This document shows positions 50,297-60,000 of a stretch of 60,000 bases of DNA, piece after piece; position 1 is the stretch's first letter; each line of letters begins with the position of its first letter. The DNA comes from Malacoraja senta. Taxonomy: Eukaryota. Where the stretch lies: contig CM075989.1 in assembly GCA_038087875.1 (NCBI GenBank), positions 17,920,001 to 17,980,000 of the forward strand, written 5' to 3'. Made by a program: the position numbers and the translations under genes. The notes below the pieces were generated by a model. The model worked only from the letters and a program-made list of their open reading frames with translations. It made no database searches and was not told the origin of the DNA.

Positions 50297-51693
50297 CTGG
50301 AAAAGTTTACAAAGTTACTTGGTTAATGATCCTTAACACGTCAGGTCCACACTGATGAAGGACTTCTTCCTTGAGACTGGGTAACAGTTCACAAGTTATA
50401 AGAGTAGAAATAGGACAATTAAGCGCATCGAGTCTACTCTGCCATTCAATCATGGTTGATCTCTGCCTCCTCCCCATAACCCTTGACACCCGTTCTAATC
50501 AAGAATTTGTCCATCTCTACCTTAAATATCCACTGACTTGGCCTCCACAGTCTTCTGTGGCAATGAGTTTCACAGATTAACTACCCTCTGACTAGCGGTT
50601 CCTCCTCACCTTTCTAAAAGAGCGCCCTTTAATTTGGAGACTATGACCTCTGGTCCTAGACTCCTCCACCAGTGGAAACATCCTTTCCACATCCACTCTA
50701 TGCCTCTTATCTCCCCCCCCCCCCTCTTATCCTTCTAAACACCAGCAAGTAGAGGCCCAGTGCTGTCAAGATTTAGCAAATCTATTATTATTATAAATAA
50801 TCACCACATCCTTTCCATGTCTGGGTTTATTCAATACGTGCAGAAGCTGAAGAGCAAATTACACTTGAAAAATGATGTTTGGCCTGGGTTTTCTCCGGGT
50901 GCTCCGGTTTCCTCTCGCATCCCAAAGACGTGCAGGTTTGTAGGTTAAGCGGTTTCTGTAAATTGGCCCTGGTGTATCGGATTGAACTAGTGTACAGGTG
51001 ATTGTTGATGGGCATGCACTCGGTGGGCCGAAGGGCCAGTTTCCACGCTGTATCTCTAAACTCACTCACCTACAATGGCTTCTGGTCAAATCAGCAATTT
51101 TACTTTAAAAATGTCACCTTTGATTTCTAATCCCTTATGACCTCACCCCTCCTATTTAATCTCCAGCTTTAGCAAATAAATGATTCCTGCCGATCATCCC
51201 CAAGTTTATTTATTTTTAAGGTCATGTTATAAGTGATAGGCCGATTTCTGCTCCTATCAAGTCTACTCCACCATTCAATCATGGCTGGTCTATCACTCCC
51301 TCCTAACCCCATTCTCCTGCCTTCTCCCCCTGACACCCGTACTAATCAAAAATCTATCTCTGCCTTAAAAATATCCATTGACTTAGCCTCCACAGCCTAA
51401 CTGAACCTCAAGATGCCAGTGACCACCTCAGTGCCCTCAAACCTTGTTACCTCAATCTGCTTTTGGTCCAAACTTTAAAACCCCAAAACTCTGACCAAAT
51501 GTCAGATCTTTAACCCACCTCATGTTGTCAAATTGTTTGAAAATTATCCTTATAATTTCGTGGCACATTTGCTACATTAATATCACTAGACAAGTAATTA
51601 TTGATAATACTGACACAGGGATCGTCAAATGTTGACAAGATAATAGTTGAAATTCACCTCTTCATTATCAGTGACATTGTTCTACTTACATAC

Positions 51694-51797
51694 CATAGTG
51701 GTCAACAGTCCACAGGCAGCACAGATACCAAGCAAATTGAAGACCGCAGATCCAACTATAGTACTAATTCCAATATCTCCCTTGGTCACAAAGACAC
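51694..51797 (-). CDS. SLC24A5: SLC24A5 exon ([34 protein letters not shown])
   Basis: cag| ... ATG|gtatgt. Confidence 0.92.
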
Positions 51798-52899
51798 CTG
51801 TGAACAAAGAATGAGATCAGACAGTAACATTGTCCAACTTGGTATCCTCTTAAGATGCAAAGTTTTAACTAAAACTAAAATAAATTCCACACAACCCAAC
51901 TGCAAGTGTTCAAGGTTGTTGTAAACAATGTTCATAAATAGTAATTCATTAAAAAGTGGCATGAATTTGACACCTTTACATTTCGTTCCACAACAATTGT
52001 TGACACCTTCACAGAACGAGTCCCAGGATTTAACACCCATTTTGCTGGAAACTCAATGCTGTTTCTATTTAGCTTTATACAGTTGAACATTGGTTTTCTG
52101 ATTGAGTGAATCACAAGTGCACCCATTTCTAGGTCATTTTGACATCATTCTGTCTTCCTCTAATGCAATTCCTATGGTAGCTCTGTAGACAATGACATCA
52201 CCATCCACGCAGCATTCCTTTTGGAACTTTGCACTGGAACCCAATCCATGTTCTCCTCCCAACTGCCTTCATTGGGCATGCCCAGGAGAAGGTCAAATGG
52301 TCAGTCTGCTTGAATGCTCAACATCACCCACCTCATTCTTCCCCATCGAATTACAACTATGCAACAATCCCAATCTGCATGTCTCTGCCCCAACAAAAAA
52401 CAAGGCCTATACCCTCCACTTCTCCTACCATCTCACTAAATCTGGACAAAGCTAGTCAAGAGGGACCCGTGGGGGTGGGGGTGGGGGTGGGGGGGGGAAT
52501 AAAGAGAGACCCAGCAGTGGAGCTGCTGATAACAACAGACCCTGTCAGGGGGGGGGGGGGTGGGCAAGAACCAAGTGGGACCATCGGAACTCTAATTAGT
52601 ACTTTAGTAACTTTGACTGCGCCAGATACATGGCGACTCTACGTACTTTGTGTATTGTATGCAAAAACAAAGAATTTCACCTCGACCTAGGTACATGTGA
52701 CAAAGTATCATTGAATCATGGACTCCCAATCCCTCTCTTGTTTGGTTCTCCCACTCCACCCAACCATTCAGCTCCAAGGCATCCAACTCTCCCTTGCTGG
52801 ATCATCCCTGCTTCTCTCCCCCTACAACACCAACAAGCGTCGGATGCCCAGTCACCATTCCCATGCAGGTCTCTGGCTGATCTTCTGAGCCCAGAAGGA

Positions 52900-53205
52900 T
52901 GGCGGCATGTTGTCGCAGTGGTAGAGCTGTTGCCTTACAGCGCTTGCAACGCCAGAGACCCGGGTTCGATCCCAACTATGGGTGCTGTCTGTACGTTCTC
53001 CCCGTGACCGTATGCGTTTTCTTCAAGATCTTCGGTTTCCTCCCACACTCCAAAGACGTGCAGGTTTGTAGGTTAATTGGCTTGGTGTATGGGTAAATAG
53101 TCCCTAGTGTGTATAGGATAGTGTTAATGTGTGAGGATTGTTGGTGGCGCAGACTCGGTGGGCTGAAGGGCCTGTTTTCGCGGTGTATCTCTAAACTAAA
53201 CTAAA
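52900..53205 (+). mobile_element. tRNA-derived SINE (HE1/V-SINE-like)
   Basis: A box gtcgcagtggtag, B box gggttcgatccc, V-domain-like ggtttcctcccacactccaaagacgtg, (ctaaa)n tail. Confidence 0.85.
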
Positions 53206-53585
53206 GCGCATTTTGAAAGGAAAAGGCAAACACGGTTTGTAACCAAGACCCAGCTGGCACAGCAGTCAAATCACCAGAATGGTCACCAGATACCAACAGG
53301 GCACCTGATTTTCTGGAAGAACAGTCAATTTCACATTAATGGAATTATAGTTGCTTTAAAACATTCCTCAGAATTCTTTAAATCTATTATTGATACTGTA
53401 CTCATTCATTATATTAAAAAAAATCAAGGTATTCTGTGCTTGCGTGGATCTTGGAGAAGCAGCAATCAAAGAGAAGCAGGGAGAAGAGCTTATTGGCTGA
53501 AACCCGTGGGAAAGGTGAGTCAGTCACGGGAAAAACAGTTGAAAACTGAGGAATTTGGTTTGTAAATTGGCAAATTAGGCAATTT

Positions 53586-56500
53586 ATCAGTCAATATAAG
53601 CAAGGCTGCTCCAGGGGAGCGGCAGTGAGGGAGCGGCCTTGTGAGTAAAGTGCGAGTCTTTGGCTCGAGTCTTCGGCGAGTAGGCTACGCAAAAAGCTGG
53701 AGAGGACGGGACGCGGTGAACACATGATGGGTGAGATGAAACAGTGTGATGCTTGCAGTATGTGGGAGCCCAGGGACACGGATGGAGCCTCTGGTTGCTA
53801 CAACTGTGGCAAGTGCGTCCAGATTCAGCTCCTGAAGGACCGTGTTGGGGCACTGGAGAAGCAGCTGGATGACCTCAGGGCTATCTGGGAAAATGAGAGT
53901 TTCCTGGACCTACAGTGAGGTTGTCACGCCGGGGATACGGGAAGAACGAAGGTGTGTGACAGAGAAAGGGTGGTAACCGTGGAGTGCTGGAGACCCAGGT
54001 GGCTGTGCCTCATGAAAACAGGTATGCCTTCTTGGGAACCGTCGGGGGAGACGATATTTCCAGTCCGAGCGGCGGACACGTCGGTGGCTCCAATCCTAGA
54101 GATGGGACTCGACCGGCGTCGGGCAGTGCCATAGTGGTGGGTGACTCCATTGTCCGAGGAGCGGACAGGAGATTCTGTGGCGGCAGACGAGATGCGAGGA
54201 TGGTCTGTTGCCTCCCTGGTGCCAGGTTTCAAGATGTCACGAGCCGAATTCAGAACATCCTCGAGAGAGAAGGTGAAAGCCGGCAGTAGTTGTGCATGTA
54301 GGCACAACGACATCGGGAAGAAGAGGAAGGAGGTTCTCCAACGTGAGTTCAGAGAGTTAGGAAGAAGACTGAAAAGCAGGACTTCTAGGGTGGTAATCTC
54401 TGGATTGCTTCCAGTACCTCGTGCTAGTGAGGACAGGAACAGGGAGATAGGGGACCTGAATGTGTGGCTGAGGGGCTGGAGCAGGGAGCAAGGATTTAGA
54501 TTTATAGACCACTGGGATCTCTTCTGGGGTAGGGGTGACCTGTACAAAAGGGACGGTTACACCTTAACTGGAGGGGGACCGATGTACTGGCAGGCAGGTT
54601 TGCTAGGGCTACATGTGTGGGTTTAAACTAAATAGTGGGGGGGGGGGGGCGGAGGGATTGACAAATTGGGAGTATAAAGATGGAGTTGAAGGGGAAGTGA
54701 GTACAGGAAAAATTACAAAAGATTCTCGAATTAGTGGGAAGGAAAGTTCGAGAAGGGATAAAAGAGTATGGTCAGGGCCAATTGCGAGGGTGCGAGGGGG
54801 GACGTGAATACGGAGATCAAAGTGTTGTATATGAATGCGCAAAGTATAAGAAATAAAGTGGACGAGCTTGAGGCTCAGTTAGAAATTGGCAAGTATGATG
54901 TGGGAATTACAGAGACATGGCTGCAAGAGGACCAGGGCTGCGAACTGAATATCCTAGGGTATACCTCCTATCGAAAAGACAGACAGGTGGGCAGAGGGGG
55001 TGGGGTAGCTCTGTTGGTGAGGAAATTCAGTCCTTCGCAAGGGGTGACATTGAAACAGGAGATGTGGAGTCAGTATGGGAGAACTAAGGAATGTAAGGGT
55101 AAAAATACCCTAATGGGACTTATCTACAGGCCCTCAAACAGTAGCCAGGATATAGGGTGCAAGTTGAATCGGGAGTTAAAATTGGCATGTAGCAAAGATA
55201 ATGCTGCAGTTGTTATGGGAGATTTCAACATGCAGGTAGACTGGAAGAATCTGGTTGGTACTGGACCCCAAGAAAGTGCCTAGAAATCGTGGATGCATTG
55301 GTGATAATTTTCCAATGTTCTATAAATTCAGGATCAGTTCCTGTTGATTGGAGGGTAGCTAATGTTATCCCACTTTTTAAGAAAGGCGGGAGGGAGAAAA
55401 CAGAATTATAGACCAGTTAGCCTGACATCGGTGGTGGGGAAGATGCTGGAATCAATTATAAAAGATGAAATAGCGGCACATTTGGATAGCAGTAACAGGA
55501 TCGGTCTGAGTCGGCATGGATTTACAAAGGGGAAATCATGCTTGACTAATATTCTGGAATTTTTTTAGGATGTAACTAGGAAAATGGACAAGGGAGAGCC
55601 AGTGGATGTAGTGTACCTGGACTTTCAGAAAGCATTTGATAAGGGCCCACATAGGAGATTAGTGGGCAAAATTAGGGCACATGGTATTGGGGGTAGAGTG
55701 CTGACATGGATAAAAAATTGGTTGGCAGGCAGGAAACAAAGAGTAGGGATTAACGGGTCCCTTTCAGAATGGCAGGTAGTGACTAGTGGGGTACAGCAAG
55801 GCTCGGTGCTGGGATCGCAGCTATTTACAATATACATCAATGATTTGGATGAAGGGATTCAAAGTCACATTTAGCAAATTTGCAGATGACACAAACCTGG
55901 GTGGCAGTGTGAACTGTGAGGAGGATGCTATGAGAATGCAGGGTGACTTGGACAGGTTGGGGAGCGGGCAGATGCATGGCAGATGAAGTTTAATGTGGAT
56001 AAATGTGAGGTTATCCACTTTGGTATAAAAAACAGGAAGGCAGATTACTATCTAAATGGTGTCAAGTTGGGAAAAGGGGAAGTACAACTGGATCTGGGAA
56101 TCCTTGTTCATCAGTCCATGAAAGTAAGCATGCAGGTACAGTAGGCAGTGAAGAAAGCGAATGGCATGTTGGCCTTTATAACAAGAGGTGTCGAGTATAG
56201 GAGCAAATTGGTCCTTCTGCAGTTGTACAGAGCCCTAGTGAGACCACACCTGGAATATTGTGTGCAGTTTTGGTCCCCTAATTTGAGGAAGGACATTCTT
56301 GCTATTGAGGGAGTGCAGCGTAGGTTTACAAAGTTAATTCCCAGGATGGCGGGACTGTCATATGCTGAGAGAATGGAGCGGCTGGGCTTCTACAATCTGG
56401 AGTTTAGAAGGATGAGAAGGGATCTTATTGAAACAAGATTGTTAAGGGTTTGGACAGAGGCAAGAAACATGTTCCTGATGTTGGGGGAATCCAGAACCAG

Positions 56501-56794
56501 GGGCCACAGTTTAAGAATAAGGGGTAAGCCATTTAAAACGGAGATGAGGATACACCTTTTCTCACAAAGAGTTGTGAGTCTGTAGAATTCTCTGCCTCAG
56601 AGGGCAGTGGAGGCCGGTTCTCTGGATACTTTCAAGAGAGAGCTAGATATGGCGCTTAAAGATAGTGGAGTCAGGGGATATGGGGAAAAGGCAGGAACGG
56701 GGTACTGATTGGGGATGATCATCCATAATCACATTGAATGGTGGTGCTGGCTCGAAGGGCCGAATGGCCTACTCCTGCACCTATTGTCTATTGT
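53586..56794 (+). mobile_element. Near-full-length CR1 LINE (ORF1 zinc finger + SGNH esterase; ORF2 APE and RT with internal deletion)
   Basis: ORF1 CDACSMW..CGKC and [59 protein letters not shown]; (ctattgt)n tail; deletion near 55275. Confidence 0.93.
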
Positions 56795-56867
56795 TAACAC
56801 TGAAGTCAAAACCCGACTGACGGAAGTGGCAAATGAATACATTTGGAACGACTTTTTTTTTTTTTTA

Positions 56868-57104
<237 letters not shown>

Positions 57105-57162
57105 TTAATGAACTTGGCTTTGCAGTGCAGATGGGGTTTTATGCACCACAGAATAAATCAAA

Positions 57163-57458
57163 GCGCAGTACGGTGGCGCAGGAGTAGAGTTGCTGCCTCA
57201 CAGCACCAGAGACCCGGGTTCGATGTTGACTAGGAGGGCTGTCTGAATGGATTTTGCACATTCTCTCCGTGACCGCATGGGTTTCCTCTGGGTGCTCCAG
57301 TTTCCTCCCACATTCCAAAGACGTGCAGGTTTGTAGGTTAATTCTGTAAATGGTAAATTGTCCCGAGTTGGGAGGATAGTTGAACGGGGTGATCGTTGGT
57401 CGGCACGGACTCGGTGGGCTGAAGGGCATGGTTCCATGCTGTATCTCCAAAGTCTAAA
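57163..57458 (+). mobile_element. tRNA-derived SINE (HE1/V-SINE-like)
   Basis: ggtggcgcagg A box, gggttcgat B box, V domain, CR1-like tail. Confidence 0.85.
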
Positions 57459-57814
57459 GCATCTCATGAGTGGTCACCCCCAAGGGCTTCACTTGCACAA
57501 GAATAAAAATGATGCACCCTTCCTATCAAAGCAAAAGTGCCATTTCCAATCCAACTCGGCTTCGAGAATCTGCAATAATTGCACATGAATTATATCAGAA
57601 ATTCAGTTAAATATTTCTTTATTGGAATCCGATTGCTTCAGGAGCTCAAACACCAATTACAAATACTCTAAAGAAGAACATTCCAGCCAAATGAAAATGC
57701 TACGCATAGTTCAACATTGGGAAAACAAAGAACAAAAACGACATTGAATTATTTCTTCACAAGATATAAAGCATTCCATCCCCTGAAGCCACAAATAGAA
57801 ATATGCAGGATATA

Positions 57815-59382
57815 CAGTGCATTCAGAAAGTATTCAGACCCCGTCACTTTTTCCACATTTTATTACGTTACAGCCCTATTTTAAAATGGATTAAATTAAT
57901 TATGTTTTTATCATCAATCTACACACAATACCCCAGAATGAAGTGAAAATAGGTGTTTAAAAATTTTAGCTAAGTAATTAAAAATAAATAACTGAAATAT
58001 CACATTAACATAAGTATTCAGACCCCTTACAATAGAGCTTAGGTGCATCCAGTTTCCATTGATTATCCTTGAGATGTTTCTACAACTTGATTATAGAGTC
58101 CACCAGTGGTAAATTAAATTGATTGTACATGATTTAGAAAGACATACGCCTGTCTATACAAGGTCCTACAGTTGACAGTGCATGTCAGAGCAAAAACCAA
58201 GCCATGAAGACAAAGGAATTGTCTGTAGACCTCGGAGACAGGATTGTGTCGAGACACAGATCTGGGGAAGGGTATAAAACAATTTCTGCAGCATTGCAGG
58301 TCCCAAAGAGCAGAGTGGCCTCTGTCATTCTTAAATGGAAGAACTTTGGAATCACCAGCAGGACTCTTCATTTGGCCGCCTGGCCAAACTGAGCAATCGG
58401 GGAAGAAGGTCAGGGAGTTGGCCAAACCACGATAGTCACCCTGACAGAGCTCCAGAGTTGCTCTGTGGAGATGGGAGAACTTTCCAGAAGGACAACTATA
58501 TCTGCAGCACTCCACCAATCAGGCATTTATGGTAGAGTGGCCAGACGGAAGCCACTCCTCAGTAAAATGCACATGACAGCCTACTTGGAGTTTGCCAAAA
58601 GGCACCTAAAGGACTTTCAGACCATGAGAAACAATATTCTCTGGTCTGATGAAACCCAGATTGAACTCTTTGGCCTGAATGCCAAGCGTCACGTCTGGAG
58701 GAAACCAGGCACCGCTCATCACCTGGCCAATACCATACCCACGGTGGAGCATGGTGGTGGCAGCATCATGCTGTGGGAATGTTTTTCAGCGGCAGGAACT
58801 GAGAGATCCCTGATGAAAACCTGCTCCAGAGCGATCTGGACCTCGGACTGGGACGGAGGTTCACTTCCCAACAGGACAATGACCCAAAGCACTTAGCCAA
58901 GACAATGCAGGAGTGGCTTCGTGATAAGTCTGTGAATGTCCTCGAGTTGCCCAGCCAGAGCCCGGACTTGAACCCGATCGAACATCTCTGGAGGGCCCTG
59001 AAAATAGCTGTGCATCGACGCTCCCCATCCAACCTGACAGAGCTTGAGAGGATCTGCAGAGAAGAATGGGAGAAATTACCCAAATACAGGTGTGCCAAGC
59101 TTGTAGCGTCATACCAAAGAAGACTTGAGGCTGTAATCGCTGCCAAAGGTGCCTCAACAAAGTACTAAGTAAAGGGTCTGAATACCTATGTAAATGTGAT
59201 ATTTCAGTTATTTATTTTTAATTATTTTGCAAAAATTTCTAAACATCTGTGTTTGCTTTTTTATTATGTGGTATTGTGTGTAGATTGAGGAGAGAAAAAA
59301 AATGAATTTAATCCATTTTAGAATTAGGCTGTAACGTAACAAAATGTGGAAAAAGGGATCTGAATACTTTCTGAATGCACTG
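57815..59382 (+). mobile_element. Tc1/mariner transposon (DD34E), frameshifted transposase 58204-59168
   Basis: TA|CAGTGCATTCAGAAAGTATTCAGA ... TCTGAATACTTTCTGAATGCACTG long TIRs with internal repeats; [36 protein letters not shown]. Confidence 0.95.
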
Positions 59383-59711
59383 TCATAAAAGTTAGATTGT
59401 TGAGCATTCAATTACACGGTGATGTGAAAATCTTAAATTATTGAAGGTTATTTAAAAGAAACCAAACTCATTGAAACCATTCAATGAGAGGCTTATAATT
59501 TTTGAAAAACAACAACAATTACACACTATTCAATGGGGAAACTCTGAACTTTAAGCTGCAACAGCCCAAATTCAAAAGGGAGACTTACTCCGCTGATCCC
59601 AGTTGCTTTAACCAGACGCACGGAGCAGAGATAGCTGCCCAGTGGTATTCCTCATAATCAGGCTGACGTTAGGGATCTGCATAGACCCAATATTTGTACA
59701 ACTCCCAATAT

Positions 59712-60000
59712 GTTTAGTTTAGAGATACAGTGCACACACAGGCTCTTCAGCCCAGAGTCCTTGCCGACTAGCGATCATCCCATACAATTCCAACACTATC
59801 CTACACACTAGGGACAATTTACAATTTTACCGAAGCCAATGAACCTACAAATCTGTATGCCTTTGGTATGTGGGAGGAAACTGGAGACCCCGGAGAAAAC
59901 CCACGCAGATCACGGGGAGAACGTACAAACTCTGTACAGACAGCACCTGTAGTCAGGATCGAACCTGGGTCTCTGGCGTTGTAAGTCAGCAACTCCACTG
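59712..60000 (-). mobile_element. tRNA-derived SINE (HE1/V-SINE-like), cut by window end
   Basis: Reverse complement of the same SINE family. Confidence 0.8.

Noticed and set aside
52900..52980. tRNA gene
   Set aside because: The A/B boxes belong to the head of a multi-copy SINE; no full cloverleaf or terminator.
59589..59676. Exon-like segment on the minus strand (gcag|...gga|gtaagt) as SLC24A5 exon 2
   Set aside because: It has stops in all three frames and no similarity to the expected CDEYFLPSLE.ISE sequence; the real exon lies beyond the window.

Overview
Eukaryotic (vertebrate) genomic DNA. The repeat content (HE1/V-SINE-like SINEs, CR1, Penelope) points to a cartilaginous fish, probably a skate or ray; this is an inference. 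Two convergent genes fill the window, as in the vertebrate MYEF2-SLC24A5 synteny block. (1) MYEF2 (+ strand): 17 coding exons from 150 to the stop at 37998, all phases consistent, about 603 aa in the window; the first exon lies upstream. It has an 8-nt microexon, a U12-type intron, a triplicated Gly/Met-rich exon and unusually many substitutions in its RRMs. (2) SLC24A5/NCKX5 (- strand): 7 exons from 57007 down to 42184; the 5' exons lie beyond the window. It carries three 1-nt frameshifts and premature stops, so it looks like a pseudogene unless these are assembly errors. A ~10.3-kb class I (epsilon/gamma-like) endogenous retrovirus sits antisense in a MYEF2 intron (16467-26729, CCGG TSD). 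It has a ~1.5-kb 3' LTR, lacks PR/RT, has an env with two furin-like sites, and has a young L1 inserted in its 5' LTR. Other elements: non-autonomous Helitrons, a Tc1 transposon, CR1, L2, Rex1/Babar and Penelope fragments (with hammerhead-like motifs), MITEs and tRNA-derived SINEs. A multi-stem RNA structure and a candidate poison exon lie in a MYEF2 intron. There are no CRISPR arrays or prokaryotic features.
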